Under the pieces are notes generated by a model. The model ran no database searches and had not been told where the DNA came from. It saw only the letters and a list, made by a program, of their open reading frames with translations. DNA of 64,000 nucleotides from a virus, in the IMG/VR virus record IMGVR_UViG_3300031576_000006, positions 1 through 64,000 of that record. The stretch is one strand, 5' to 3'. Both the position numbers and the translations under genes were made by a program. Of the stretch, positions 48,937 to 59,682 are shown piece after piece (position 1 is the stretch's first letter; the number at the start of each line of letters is the position of its first letter).

Positions 48937-49326
48937 ATGAAATTTGGAATCCAGATGTTAGAATCAGAGTCAACTCTCAATAACCTTATTCCTTCTAATC
49001 AGTTGGAGGTTAGCCCTGGTGAAACTGCCACAATAATGTTTCAATTGGTCAATGAAAAGACTGGACAGCGATACATACCTGCGTCTGGTGCGACCATGAC
49101 AGCACGTCTCGTCGCCAGTAATAATGTCAACGTCATAAGCAAGATCCCTACACAGCCCTTTGTTGCGGACGATAGATCTATTTGGTCATTCCCGTTGAGT
49201 GCAGTCGACACAGCTAAGGCGGCTGGAATAAATATAGAAGTTGTTTTGACCGAAGGCGCTAATATCAAAAAAGTTTGGGCTAAATCGGTACTTATCATGT
49301 CTCCCAATTCACCCTTTAAGGCATAA
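48937..49326 (+). CDS. Probable virion structural protein (beta-sandwich)
   Basis: Late island; beta-rich 129 aa. Confidence 0.5.
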   Translation: MKFGIQMLESESTLNNLIPSNQLEVSPGETATIMFQLVNEKTGQRYIPASGATMTARLVASNNVNVISKIPTQPFVADDRSIWSFPLSAVDTAKAAGINIEVVLTEGANIKKVWAKSVLIMSPNSPFKA

Positions 49327-49393
49327 TTATATGGAACTTTATTCAGATAAAAACATTATTCAGTTATCGAAATAACCGATTTGAGAGAATAAT

Positions 49394-50299
49394 ATGAGCG
49401 ATTTTTCAAATAAAAAACCAAATCCCCATGGAGCGTATCCATTAGACCATGAAGCCTTACCGGCAGATAGTACTAATGTGGGCAGTGGATTCACTCGCGT
49501 TGAAGCCTGGATGACCGTTGAGCGGCTTAAGGATGAATATCTATTCGGTATTCCCTTAATGAGTCCTATCACTCAACAGCGCCTCACGGACCCCGTTTTA
49601 AAGAACATTCTAACTAAGTCTGCTGCACGCATAGAGCTTGAGTGTAATATTGATGTATTCCCCCTTGTTCGTGTTGTTAGGCAGCCATTTGATCGCGTTA
49701 AGATGACTCAGGGCTTTAATCAGATCGATACTGGGGTTCGAAGCATTCGTGAACTTCTGGAAGTTTCCATACGTTCGTCTAATTCATCTCACACACAAAA
49801 TAATGTAGATTACCAAACAGACACAACCAATCGTGAAGGGTCTGTTTTGTATAATTTTCCTCTTGAATGGATAGATCCAAGTCTAATGAGAAAAGGTTTA
49901 ATTCATTTTGTTCCACTTCAATCGTCTGCCAATGGCACTATACCGGGCGGATTGATTGGCGGCACTGCCGCACCGTTATTTCAAATTCTTACTCAGTTGA
50001 CTAGTATTCCTGGATATTTCTTTATCCGTTACGCTTCTGGTTGGCAGGAGAATTCTATTCCATCTACAGTTAACGACCTTATTGGCACTTATGCCGCTAT
50101 GGAAGTACTTTCATTACTAGGTCCTACTAATCGATGGAACAGTCAAAATATTGGTATTGATGGAGCCAGTCAGGGTATTTCTGGTCCGGGCAACCAACTT
50201 TTTGCTCTGAGAATGCAAGAATTAACAGCTAAGGCCGATCAATTGAGAGATCTTATTAAGAAGCGTTTTTCAAACGCTATCTTCATGCGGCATATTTAA
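49394..50299 (+). CDS. Probable head-tail adaptor/neck protein
   Basis: L...YLFGIPL...IE....I.VFP...Y.SG...IP..VNDLIG..AA...S....IDG.SQ pattern of Herelleviridae-like adaptors. Confidence 0.65.
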   Translation: MSDFSNKKPNPHGAYPLDHEALPADSTNVGSGFTRVEAWMTVERLKDEYLFGIPLMSPITQQRLTDPVLKNILTKSAARIELECNIDVFPLVRVVRQPFDRVKMTQGFNQIDTGVRSIRELLEVSIRSSNSSHTQNNVDYQTDTTNREGSVLYNFPLEWIDPSLMRKGLIHFVPLQSSANGTIPGGLIGGTAAPLFQILTQLTSIPGYFFIRYASGWQENSIPSTVNDLIGTYAAMEVLSLLGPTNRWNSQNIGIDGASQGISGPGNQLFALRMQELTAKADQLRDLIKKRFSNAIFMRHI

Positions 50300-50958
50300 T
50301 AATATCATACACTTACACCACTCTACTAATCTACCAGCCTCAATAAGCATGGTAGATTTCTATCCCAAAATTCTATACCTCTTTCTCTGAAGTATTTATA
50401 CACAAAGGTTGATTTGTCGGAACCCTGTAGGTAGAAGCAAAACACCCTATCTTCTATGATAAATTCTTTATATAGGCTTCCTAAGGCTTGCCTCGGCCCC
50501 TTAAGAATTTGACCGCCTGGCAAGTGATATTCGGCGTTCTTTAAATCAATCACTCCGTAAGTGTATGTCATTTTTTAGGTTTCATAAAAATAGTAATGGG
50601 CTGTCTTTGAAACACTTTCGGCCTCATGTTGACATGTATATCTCTGCCATTTACTTTATAATATCGACTATTATTGGCAGGATCAGACACCGAAGTTTCT
50701 GCTTTTTCTTCTTCCTTAACATTTAAATAATAGCCCATTATTGATCATCCACAATGGCGTCTTGTGCGACCGGTGACTCGGTTACATCCCTGAGACCACT
50801 CTGGGCAATAATTTGCCTTAAGCCTAAATTTGCAATATTAAGAACGTCATTTTTGAAAACTTCAACCGTTACCGAAGCTCCATTGGATGCCTTGTAAACT
50901 TTACCGTCTATCTCCACTTGTATATTAACGGTCACCTTGTAATCAGACATACCGTCTC

Positions 50959-51867
50959 CTATTTGTGTTCGATTTTTTCGTATTCAATATTTTCAAACGG
51001 CACTTTAAGTTTTGCCTTAAACCCAGATGCTTGCGCATGTCCGCCACCGCCGAACTGTTCCGCTACCTTAGATACATCAAAATTCTTTTTTGATCTCAAG
51101 GAGAACATCCTCACTTCATTTCGAATATCAGAGTATGAGCACGAGAAGTCAACGTCAGGATAGAGATCCAGTAGTTTCATGCCGACTTCTGACCAGTGAC
51201 TGGTTGCGTTAACGACGACGGCCTTGTGCCCCAGGAAGTTATCATCTACTCGTGCATTCTTGCAAATTTTATCTACGATTTGATCTGTCATTCTGGATAG
51301 AGCGGCACCTTCGACGCATTTTAATTCCAATACCGTATTATTCAGTAAATCATTATATAGCCCGAAGTCAAATGGAATAGATAATAGGTAGGAATGGAGA
51401 TTCACAGTCTCCGGATATTTGAAGAGCCAAAGGTCCCTATCTTCAATAAGATTAATTAATTTGGGTCTGTTGGGATTGTCCGCACACGTATGGAAATAAT
51501 CCCAGGCAACACCGGCACCCGATCTGTCCATATCTATGTTAATGAGGCAGTGATCGCCATTAAAACGGTAATTTCTTTCGTCATTAATTCCTTGAGAAAA
51601 CCTGCCCTGATCTTTTATAAAATTTTCATATGCGGTTTTGTGATGGTCCAGCACTATGACTTGTTTATGGTCAATAGAAAGCTGCATTGTAGTCTCAGGA
51701 CTGAAGGCAATATCTAGCATATAGACAGTGCTGCCTGGCTCCATATCTGGAAGTTTTTGACCGTAACCCACAGGAATGTATTTAGCTGAGTTGCTTAAAT
51801 ATTTCCAGGCAGCGAAGGCTGCTCCAAATCCGTCACAACATTGTGCATGATAAAGTACGTAAATCAT
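50959..51867 (-). CDS. DHH/DHHA1 phosphoesterase
   Basis: YH..C.DG, LDHH, EDRDLW, SLRS, GGGGHAQASG. Confidence 0.9.
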   Translation of the reverse strand: MIYVLYHAQCCDGFGAAFAAWKYLSNSAKYIPVGYGQKLPDMEPGSTVYMLDIAFSPETTMQLSIDHKQVIVLDHHKTAYENFIKDQGRFSQGINDERNYRFNGDHCLINIDMDRSGAGVAWDYFHTCADNPNRPKLINLIEDRDLWLFKYPETVNLHSYLLSIPFDFGLYNDLLNNTVLELKCVEGAALSRMTDQIVDKICKNARVDDNFLGHKAVVVNATSHWSEVGMKLLDLYPDVDFSCSYSDIRNEVRMFSLRSKKNFDVSKVAEQFGGGGHAQASGFKAKLKVPFENIEYEKIEHK

Positions 51868-51871
51868 TTTT

Positions 51872-52525
51872 TTACCTCAACCAATAATCGTGATACATAC
51901 TTTGCACTTGCTTCAGCATAAATTCTACAGACGACGTGTTGTCTATAGTATAATCGAATTTTTCATTGTCTAAGTCTCTCTCTGACGGATCTTCTGAAGG
52001 GGAAGTTGCGAATCGATTAACCCTTAACGTGATAAGTTGATTGCCAAACGCTTCCTTAAGCTGCACTAACTCTGATCTATATCTAAGATCTGTTATGACG
52101 TGTAGTTTCTGCCCATTGGAATTTTTTTCCTGAATTGACCTGATCGCCTGCTTAACCCAAAACGATGGATCTACTGCTCTATTGGTAGAGCCCTTAAGAA
52201 TACACAATGCACGAGGTGTCCAATACATAACTGATTCTAAATTTCCATCGATCTGCGCCTTACCGTTCTGATCTCTGAATTCACGTCGCATGAAATCAGT
52301 AAGCATTGTTGTGAATTTGTCTCTTGGGTCAACCGGAAGGTTCATGAGTGGAGATTCTTTATACTTAGGATCGTCGGCCCAACTTCTAGGAAACCCGTAT
52401 TCTTCTGCTGCCAGGTCCTTCAGTGGATCTGCAAACGCAGTTCTACTAGCATCATATTGTTCTATTAAATAATTAGCGATTGTATCTTTCCCAGATCCCT
52501 TCCATGCACTTATTGCGACAACCAC
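51872..52525 (-). CDS. Deoxynucleoside monophosphate kinase (T4 gp1-like)
   Basis: KGSGKDT.A, FADPLK, ITDLRY..E, SE..LD. Confidence 0.8.
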   Translation of the reverse strand: MVVAISAWKGSGKDTIANYLIEQYDASRTAFADPLKDLAAEEYGFPRSWADDPKYKESPLMNLPVDPRDKFTTMLTDFMRREFRDQNGKAQIDGNLESVMYWTPRALCILKGSTNRAVDPSFWVKQAIRSIQEKNSNGQKLHVITDLRYRSELVQLKEAFGNQLITLRVNRFATSPSEDPSERDLDNEKFDYTIDNTSSVEFMLKQVQSMYHDYWLR

Positions 52526-52793
52526 CTGATCCTCCTAAAAATCTAATTCTATCATTTTTGGCTGTCGTGTCAACTTGATTCTATATCTGATTTTATAGAT
52601 GACAAAAAGGCCGCACCTGTTTCCCATATTTTAAAATACGGAATGTGGTCTTCTGGGATATCAATTTCAATAATTTTACTTTGGGATGGGTCCAAGACGT
52701 ATTGCCTGTGGGTCCAGCTATTCGGCTGCCCCAGATCTTGGACCTGGAGCTTCATTGGCCATATTCTGTCATTCACCAGTGCGATCTTAACTT

Positions 52794-53342
52794 TCACACA
52801 ATTCCCATATATTTCAAAAACACGATTGTAATAATGCCATCGAAGAATCCGGCAATCCAGAAGACCGATCGGTTGGACAAAATTTCAATCATTCGCGATC
52901 TGACGGACGAATAATGCACTGCTTCTGTTTCCTCAGACTCATCGCCCATCTCACAGCGACATGAATTCCATGGCAGCAAACAGAATTCACATCCATCAAT
53001 CATTTCACCTTCTTCGCGCTCTTCATCATCTTCACGTTCCTCGGCTTCTTCCGCATCTTCATCAAGTTCAAATTCTTCGTGGAGTTCCTTCACAAATTCT
53101 TCTCCATGAAGTTCTTTAAGCTTTACGGTTACATCGGGTACCGTTTTTGAAATCTCAAGAAGAATATTTTTGAAAGCATCTGTGGTTAAAAACTTGCGTT
53201 CGTGCAGGACTTTTGCTGCCTCAATCTTCCAATAGCCTATAGTATATGGGTCGTTGATGTAGTTGGTTAGGATTTCTTCAGAGGTGGAAGATTCGAAGAC
53301 GCGGCGCATGAGATCTATTTGTTCCGGTGAAATTCTGTACAT
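52794..53342 (-). CDS. Acidic, Cys-cluster, C-terminally anchored membrane protein
   Basis: Glu/Asp run, CEFC...CRC, terminal TM helix. Confidence 0.5.
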   Translation of the reverse strand: MYRISPEQIDLMRRVFESSTSEEILTNYINDPYTIGYWKIEAAKVLHERKFLTTDAFKNILLEISKTVPDVTVKLKELHGEEFVKELHEEFELDEDAEEAEEREDDEEREEGEMIDGCEFCLLPWNSCRCEMGDESEETEAVHYSSVRSRMIEILSNRSVFWIAGFFDGIITIVFLKYMGIV

Positions 53343-53610
53343 ATGGACCCCCTTGTATAACTATAGTATTGCAAATTTTACAAGCCAGGTCAACAAATTC
53401 CTTCTTTTGCTAGCAAATGAATCCACACAATGTCTCGTTCTGGGGCGATCAACATCTTCTCTATTGTACCAAAGACTCCATTGATTTCAAGCTGTTTACC
53501 TACGTGTAGGTTTCCAAGAACTTCACTAACCTTATCGTACCTTAATGCGAAATTTATAATAGCTCTGCCTGGAGTTGGATCTTGCCCTATTACGGTTGCG
53601 CCCGTGATTG

Positions 53611-54189
53611 TCATTTTTTAAATTGCTCCCAGTTACTTTTCTTCATACGTTTTTGCGGCGTAATGCCAATGGCCGACATTTTTTGTTCCATGGCCTTCAC
53701 TTCAGCGATAGCTTCTTCCGCAGATTTGAATGGGTAATCCTTACGTGCTTCAATCTCGACCCTGCGACCAACTTCCTGCATGTTTTTGTCATAGATTATA
53801 TAATAAACGACATCAATTTTTTCAAAGTAGTAGATGTCACAGTATTTATAAACACGAAAGTTTTCTTTGAACCCCATAAGGCTTACAAATTTCATCACAA
53901 GCCATTCGGGAACGCCTTCTAGCAACGGTAGATCAACTTCTGTACGATGGTTATTATTTTTGTCATCAGTTTTGATTTTGATGGTCAATTCTGGACCTGG
54001 CCCGTTACGGAATCTAACGAATTCGAATGGCAATCCTGAACCGCTGTAGTAGATATCCCAGCTGGCGATTTCCAATCTTTTTTCGGGAGTAGACGCCTCT
54101 GCAAATTTTACGAAGTCAGCCAGCTTAATGTCTTCCGCCGAATACTTAAGCTCTAGCTCTTCGGTTCTAATATCGAATAATTGTTCCAT
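53611..54189 (-). CDS. CYTH (triphosphate tunnel) domain protein
   Basis: ELELKY, D.YY, FVRFR, LTIK.K, RTEVD, RVEIEA. Confidence 0.75.
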   Translation of the reverse strand: MEQLFDIRTEELELKYSAEDIKLADFVKFAEASTPEKRLEIASWDIYYSGSGLPFEFVRFRNGPGPELTIKIKTDDKNNNHRTEVDLPLLEGVPEWLVMKFVSLMGFKENFRVYKYCDIYYFEKIDVVYYIIYDKNMQEVGRRVEIEARKDYPFKSAEEAIAEVKAMEQKMSAIGITPQKRMKKSNWEQFKK

Positions 54190-54699
54190 ATATCAAACAG
54201 ACGGTGCATACTGCGTAAAACAGTAATATCAGGACTGCCAGTCCCTTCCTTAGTCTATTTTTCAGTCTCCTTCTGTTAAGGTCAATTACTTTCATTTCAA
54301 TGAATCAATAGTCATTTGAGTTCTGTGGATCTCCAAGTTCAACCAATCGAAGTATACTTCCTCTCGTTCCTTATATTTTGCGGGAACTGCCGCCATTAGA
54401 CGATTCTGTAAGACAATCACGTATTTATCTAGACGTAAAATCCTATCTTTGATGTGTTTGTTGTCGATTATTGCCATGAGACCCCCTTATGAGACAATAT
54501 TACCTGCGTTTGGTTTTTTTGTCAACTCTTGTTTTTTCCCACTCATTTGCCCTTTCTCTAAGCCTCGAAACCTGCTCTCTAAGAAAATCGTGGGCTGTGC
54601 CGGGACGAATAACCCGCGAGGTTAATTGTATCATGAGTTCTAGGCGTGCAATTTCATAATCCGCCTGGTTCTTGAAGGTCTTTTGCCACAGAGGCTTGC

Positions 54700-54993
54700 T
54701 CACGGTTTATACTCCTCATAAATATGTCCTACAATACCGGGCGGCATTTGAAGGGTAGCAAGATATCGAAAGTTAGTATAGTTTTCAAATTCGAATTCCT
54801 GGCCTGTCATAATGACATGGAATGTGCGCGGTTCAATCACAAGAGATTGCGGTAGATGATCTTCGGTGGGTTTTTCAATCCATACTGTTGGTATCCCGTC
54901 CTGTAACTGTACGTCGAGTGCGCTGGCCCCCGCAGGAAGAGCAAAAGTATTTTTCGTTTCGTTTAGTTGATACTTATGGACTACGCTTTTCAT
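54700..54993 (-). CDS. Conserved small phage protein
   Basis: VHKYQL...LP.GA..L.VQ.Q...P.VW...TG...YLAT.Q...V.H.YE. Confidence 0.6.
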   Translation of the reverse strand: MKSVVHKYQLNETKNTFALPAGASALDVQLQDGIPTVWIEKPTEDHLPQSLVIEPRTFHVIMTGQEFEFENYTNFRYLATLQMPPGIVGHIYEEYKP

Positions 54994-55004
54994 AAAACCT
55001 CCTT

Positions 55005-55180
55005 AAAAAATGTCCGTCGCGAGGTTTCGAACCGCTCCACGGACTCTGTTTCTGGTGCCGGGCCTCTGAGAAGCCTTCTTCCGTCTATCAGCCGATCATA
55101 CAACTAATTAACCGATCTTCGACTACGAAAACTAGCAGTTAATTAGGACTTAGGGCGGCGGCTTTCGCCGCCTTTCCCTA
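55005..55180 (-). ncRNA. Candidate structured ncRNA / multi-hairpin intergenic element
   Basis: Four consecutive hairpins on the minus strand, including GGCGGC-GAAA-GCCGCC and GTCCGT..GGTTCGAAACC..ACGGAC followed by T6. Confidence 0.45.
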
Positions 55181-55191
55181 CTTATTTTATA

Positions 55192-56184
55192 TCATGCCGC
55201 CCTGGACATTTCAACTGCAGTTTTCAATGCTTTCTTATTCATGGCTGCACCGGTACCAAACCACAATGAATCCAATCGAGTAGATTCATTGGTGCCGCGC
55301 TCATATTGCAAGTATTCAGTTACTGAATTATAAGCTGCCCACATAGTGCCTTTAACACCGGGAAGATCATTGCCACGGCCTTTTTCGAAAAGCTCAGTAA
55401 TCCGGCCCATAACCCGCTTCCCACTGGTCAATTCTTCACCAGTAATAAGAGCTTCCTCTTCTTGCTTCGGAGTGGCAAATACGATTTTAACGTATTTCTC
55501 AAGATCTTTGCGATTGATTTCGCGAGAAGCAAGTATACGAAATTGTTCGGCAGTTGATTCAAAGGATTGATCTGCAATGTTTATCACTTCGCGGATTTCC
55601 TCCAAAGTTTTAACAATGTCACCTGTGTGTTTCACTTTGAGAAGCTGTGAACCGCCATTTTGGATGGCCATGGTCAAAGTGTTGTTGCAAACAACGCGAA
55701 CGGGCGTATAGCCGATGCGGATCGCCAAGGTACCGTCGTGGCTATTCGACATAAGAATGTACTTTTTAATGCGGTCGTCTGACTTTGAGACGATCACTGA
55801 ATCAGGGCGATTCATGGCCGCAAGAATCCAAACCCGGCGACCGTTCATCAAAGAACCGGCTGTTTCGAGAGAGGCTTCTTTTGCGTCCAAGAACGGTTGG
55901 AAGAACTGGAATGCTTCTCTGTTTTGAAGCACTTTGTAGTTTTTACCTACAACGCCAAGAATTGCGCCGTCGTCTTTGCGGTAAGTCGCGACGTGCGTCT
56001 TGATCAATTCGCCGCCGAGTTCTGGAACTACAGCAAGCTCTTTCGTACCAACTTCCCAATTGAGCTTTGCTACCATGATGCCTTCTTCAATGGTAGGAGC
56101 GATTGGGAGAACGGTTCCTAGGCGATGCCAGGGAATTTCGTTCACCGAAAACATTGTATCTTTTTCTTGGATCTCATGTGCCAT
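55192..56184 (-). CDS. DUF932 (LGT_TIGR03299-like) protein
   Basis: MAHEI...PWH.LG...YKVLQN.EAF.FF...ETAGSL..GRRVW...NSHDG...VRVVC.NTL...GTMWAAYNSVTEY. Confidence 0.85.
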   Translation of the reverse strand: MAHEIQEKDTMFSVNEIPWHRLGTVLPIAPTIEEGIMVAKLNWEVGTKELAVVPELGGELIKTHVATYRKDDGAILGVVGKNYKVLQNREAFQFFQPFLDAKEASLETAGSLMNGRRVWILAAMNRPDSVIVSKSDDRIKKYILMSNSHDGTLAIRIGYTPVRVVCNNTLTMAIQNGGSQLLKVKHTGDIVKTLEEIREVINIADQSFESTAEQFRILASREINRKDLEKYVKIVFATPKQEEEALITGEELTSGKRVMGRITELFEKGRGNDLPGVKGTMWAAYNSVTEYLQYERGTNESTRLDSLWFGTGAAMNKKALKTAVEMSRAA

Positions 56185-56285
56185 AACGGCCTCCTTTGTT
56201 ATTAATTAATAATAGCAACGTTCTTATTATTTAGCAATAATATAATGCAGAAATCTTTTATTGCTCTATTGGTTAATAATATCAA

Positions 56286-56310
56286 TAACTTATCCTAAAA
56301 ACTTAATAAT
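56286..56310 (+). promoter_or_regulatory. Candidate late promoter motif
   Basis: TAACTT-ATCCT-AAAAA-CTTAAT-AAT. Confidence 0.7.
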
Positions 56311-56364
56311 TCATATGCTGGCACGGGTCGGTATAGTCTTCGGACTGTGGAATAGGTTAGGGAA

Positions 56365-57096
56365 ATGGCCAATGAAAGAAAATGGTTTGCAGTAACGCAG
56401 GCCTTCACAGCTAACGGTACACTTCAGGGAAAGATCACGGTAGCAGATGTTGCCGGATTATACGTCAAGTCCAAAGTCAGGATTTCCTCCAATACACAAC
56501 CCCCTCAATTACTTGAAATCAAAAGAATAGAAGGCACAACAGTCCTCTTTGTTGGACTGTGCGGTGACAATATCAATGATCGCACTGATATGTCAGCCTA
56601 TCTCGTTATAGATTCTGCTAAAGTAGAGCTTTTTGAACAAAAAATCCCAACAATCAAGCAAGAAGATATAGCTCAGGCTGTCTATGCCAGGGAGCCAATC
56701 TGTGCGATCCGAACTATCGGTGTTGATAAGTATGGTCGATATTATGATGCCAACAACAGGTTTCCGGTCGATGCCACTGTTACCATTGGCGATGTTTTAG
56801 TCAATGTTGAAAATCCTACAATACCGGATATCGCCAATGTCTCGGTCCCGCTGGCTGCCACTGAAGTTTCATTCACTTTCCCACTTAAGACCAAAAGATT
56901 CTTAATGAGAATCCGCGATGGAAGTGCAAATATACAGCTGGCATTCATAGCTGGGCAAAGTGGAACAAATTACACAACAATTTCTAGGGGTTGCAATTAT
57001 GGATCTGGGGATATCGATCCGCCTGATCCATTCAGTATCTATTTCCAATGTGATAAACCTGGCAAAACGGTTGAGATTTTATCCTGGAACAATTAA
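56365..57096 (+). CDS. Probable virion structural protein
   Basis: Late island; beta-rich. Confidence 0.5.
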   Translation: MANERKWFAVTQAFTANGTLQGKITVADVAGLYVKSKVRISSNTQPPQLLEIKRIEGTTVLFVGLCGDNINDRTDMSAYLVIDSAKVELFEQKIPTIKQEDIAQAVYAREPICAIRTIGVDKYGRYYDANNRFPVDATVTIGDVLVNVENPTIPDIANVSVPLAATEVSFTFPLKTKRFLMRIRDGSANIQLAFIAGQSGTNYTTISRGCNYGSGDIDPPDPFSIYFQCDKPGKTVEILSWNN

Positions 57097-57109
57097 TTAG
57101 TTAAATCGC

Positions 57110-57134
57110 TAACTTAGGCCAAAAACTTAATAAT
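57110..57134 (+). promoter_or_regulatory. Candidate late promoter motif
   Basis: TAACTT-AGGCC-AAAAA-CTTAAT-AAT. Confidence 0.7.
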
Positions 57135-57174
57135 TGATTGTAAAATTGTTATTCGATGACCACGGAAGGTAAAA

Positions 57175-57924
57175 ATGGGCGGAATGATAGGAAAAGATAG
57201 ATTGATTTTTGATCCAACGGATACCACTCAAGGTGACAATGTTGGAGCTTTCATACGTGCCAGTGACGGCACCTTGATCACTCATACGGCTGTCGGCCCT
57301 AAAAAGGCTCTTGATGTAAATATCGTCGCGGGTCCCGACGACCCAGTTTATGATGAAGATTCTGCTTCTGCAAATGGCGATAAGCTTATGTCTGTCGGCG
57401 CAGTTAGACAAGATGCTTTGGCATCAAGCGTTGACGCTGACGGCGACTATGCCTGGTTTAAATTAAACAGCCGTGGCGCACTATGGACAGCACCTGTTGG
57501 TACGGTTGCCGATGACGCAGCTGATACTGAAAACCCGGTAAAGATCGGTTCGCGGTCTGTTTCTGGCGCAGCCTTACTCGCTGTTTCATCTAACAATGAC
57601 CGCGCTGATTTGATTTCAGATAAATATCGTAGGATTTATATTAATGACAGCCCAAACATTGGACTGGCATCTGTAGCTGTGCCCGTCGATACCACTGCCG
57701 GTGGGACTGCGATACCAACAACAGCTTTAGCCGGTAGACGACGAATTATGGTTCAGAACCTCGGAACAAAAGATATTTACGTAGGACCTGCAGGTGTAAC
57801 AGATACATCTGGCCTTAGAGTCGCGAATGGTGCAACTCTATCTCTCGAAATTGGCGAAAACATACTCCTTAAAGCCATTGCCGCTTCTGGTTCTCAAGAT
57901 GTTCGAGTGTTCGAATTAGCATAA
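57175..57924 (+). CDS. Probable virion fibre/whisker protein
   Basis: Ala/Asp/Gly-rich shaft; C-terminal RR.I.VQN.G...IYVG...V....G beta domain. Confidence 0.55.
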   Translation: MGGMIGKDRLIFDPTDTTQGDNVGAFIRASDGTLITHTAVGPKKALDVNIVAGPDDPVYDEDSASANGDKLMSVGAVRQDALASSVDADGDYAWFKLNSRGALWTAPVGTVADDAADTENPVKIGSRSVSGAALLAVSSNNDRADLISDKYRRIYINDSPNIGLASVAVPVDTTAGGTAIPTTALAGRRRIMVQNLGTKDIYVGPAGVTDTSGLRVANGATLSLEIGENILLKAIAASGSQDVRVFELA

Positions 57925-57931
57925 GGTAAAA

Positions 57932-58177
57932 ATGCAAATCACCCAGAAAGATAAATCAAATGCTGAAAATTTGTTGCGTGCTTTAAACAAAGCACGCTTC
58001 AATGATATTGAAGGTGTTGAAGTTTTGGCGCTGGCTGATGTTTTCAAATGGGCTTCTGGACTCGTGAAAAGAATTGATGAAGACCTTATACTTCAACAAG
58101 CCCTATCTAAGGCCACGATTCAAACTCCAGATGAATCTATAAAATCTGAAGAAAAATCCCAGCCTCAAACACCATAG
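57932..58177 (+). CDS. Small hypothetical protein (possible fibre chaperone)
   Basis: 81-aa helical ORF between fibre-like genes. Confidence 0.45.
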   Translation: MQITQKDKSNAENLLRALNKARFNDIEGVEVLALADVFKWASGLVKRIDEDLILQQALSKATIQTPDESIKSEEKSQPQTP

Positions 58178-58186
58178 AGAGGTTTC

Positions 58187-59680
58187 ATGGGCGGTCTAGA
58201 AAAAGATACAGAATACGGTAAAGCACTATCGGGATCTATCACTGGCGTCGGCCAAAGTGTAGATATTTTTGATTCCAATTCCAATACCAGGACTATTCAG
58301 CTTGCTGGCACATGGTCTGGTACCTTAGTTGTAGAAGCCAGTAATGACAATGTTACCTACACAACTCTCTCAATTTTAAAATTAAGTTCATTTACATTCA
58401 TCGCTTCGTTAACGGTCAGTGGCATGTACATAGTAAATGGAGGTGGATATAGCCATCTTCGTGTAAGATCCACCGCCTGGACGAGCGGCACTGTAGATAT
58501 CTCTGCTCGTGGTACAGATGCAGCTTCCTCGATTCACTCTCAGTCTACCGTCCGAGGATCAGACGGAACCCAAATCGGAAATGCTTTTGACGCTCTTAAA
58601 ATAGGCATACAGGGTAGCGATGGAAATTATGTTGCAGATGTAGAGTTAGTTAATAGCAAGCGAAGACTTCTTACTGATGCCATTGTAACCGTTGAAGAGA
58701 TCTTTGGACAAGATCCCTTCCCAGATACATTTTTTACTATTGTAAATGCTGGCGCTGCTGGAACCACAATAAGAGTACAGGTTGCGGCAACAACTGGAGA
58801 TCCAACGACTCCAGATAGAGATATCGCAGCGGTTGATCTCACTTATACTCTTGTGGCGGCTGACGTTGGTGATGAGATAAAACTCAGAGACAATATTATA
58901 ACCTACCTGAACGCTCAATCTTCATTCAGTGCAAGCCTTAAGGCTCAAAAAGTAAAAGATCTGGCTATTGTTCACATTACCTCCAAGTTTCGTTCGATGA
59001 CTGGAGAATTTTATGAGAGGCCGGGTGTCAACGGTTTTCAGGTCACAACTACCGGAGCTACCTCAGTTCTTGTTGCCTTTGACAATGTAAAATCTCGCGG
59101 TAAGGCAACTTCTCTCGCGAGAGATCCAGATTCGCCGCACAGACTTGGAATTCTTGGTATTTCAGGTTCGGTAACTGTAACTCCCGGTGGAATTTCCGAT
59201 CTATTCATTGACAAACTACTCAATGTTGCCTCACCTGACATGCTTGTAAACGGTTCTGTCACCCCAGTAACTTTTACGCTTCCAACATCCTCACTGAATG
59301 ACAAGTATGTACAAAGACTCAGATTAGTAGCTAACGGTAATGGAATAAAATTTGGTCAATTCCTAAGTCAGAATAGCTCACTAACGACGGGCCTTTTGAT
59401 AGAGATTAAAAGTGACAATATTGTGACGACCTTACCCGTAATAAAATCAACAGACGACCTGAAGCATTTATTTTCCTTTCCCCCTACAGGATTTTCTCTA
59501 CACGTCCAAGCTGGTCGAGATGATCTAACTGCGGAGTTTCAATTTGAAAATCCATTTGTTATCAGACGAACTGGAACCTTTACAACTGATGATTATCTTA
59601 AGGTCACGGTTCGGGACAATTTAACGAACAACATTTTATACCTTGAAAGCATAGCTTTCGGATTTGAAAAGGAGCCTTAA
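58187..59680 (+). CDS. Probable virion fibre/structural protein
   Basis: GTWSGT.VVEASND...Y...RVR.TAWTSGT N-terminal domain; Thr/Val-rich. Confidence 0.55.
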   Translation: MGGLEKDTEYGKALSGSITGVGQSVDIFDSNSNTRTIQLAGTWSGTLVVEASNDNVTYTTLSILKLSSFTFIASLTVSGMYIVNGGGYSHLRVRSTAWTSGTVDISARGTDAASSIHSQSTVRGSDGTQIGNAFDALKIGIQGSDGNYVADVELVNSKRRLLTDAIVTVEEIFGQDPFPDTFFTIVNAGAAGTTIRVQVAATTGDPTTPDRDIAAVDLTYTLVAADVGDEIKLRDNIITYLNAQSSFSASLKAQKVKDLAIVHITSKFRSMTGEFYERPGVNGFQVTTTGATSVLVAFDNVKSRGKATSLARDPDSPHRLGILGISGSVTVTPGGISDLFIDKLLNVASPDMLVNGSVTPVTFTLPTSSLNDKYVQRLRLVANGNGIKFGQFLSQNSSLTTGLLIEIKSDNIVTTLPVIKSTDDLKHLFSFPPTGFSLHVQAGRDDLTAEFQFENPFVIRRTGTFTTDDYLKVTVRDNLTNNILYLESIAFGFEKEP

Positions 59681-59682
59681 GT

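Noticed and set aside
55030-55095. Hammerhead ribozyme (minus strand CTGATAGA...GAAAC-AGA-GTC)
   Set aside because: The core is not CUGANGA and stem I cannot pair beyond one base pair.
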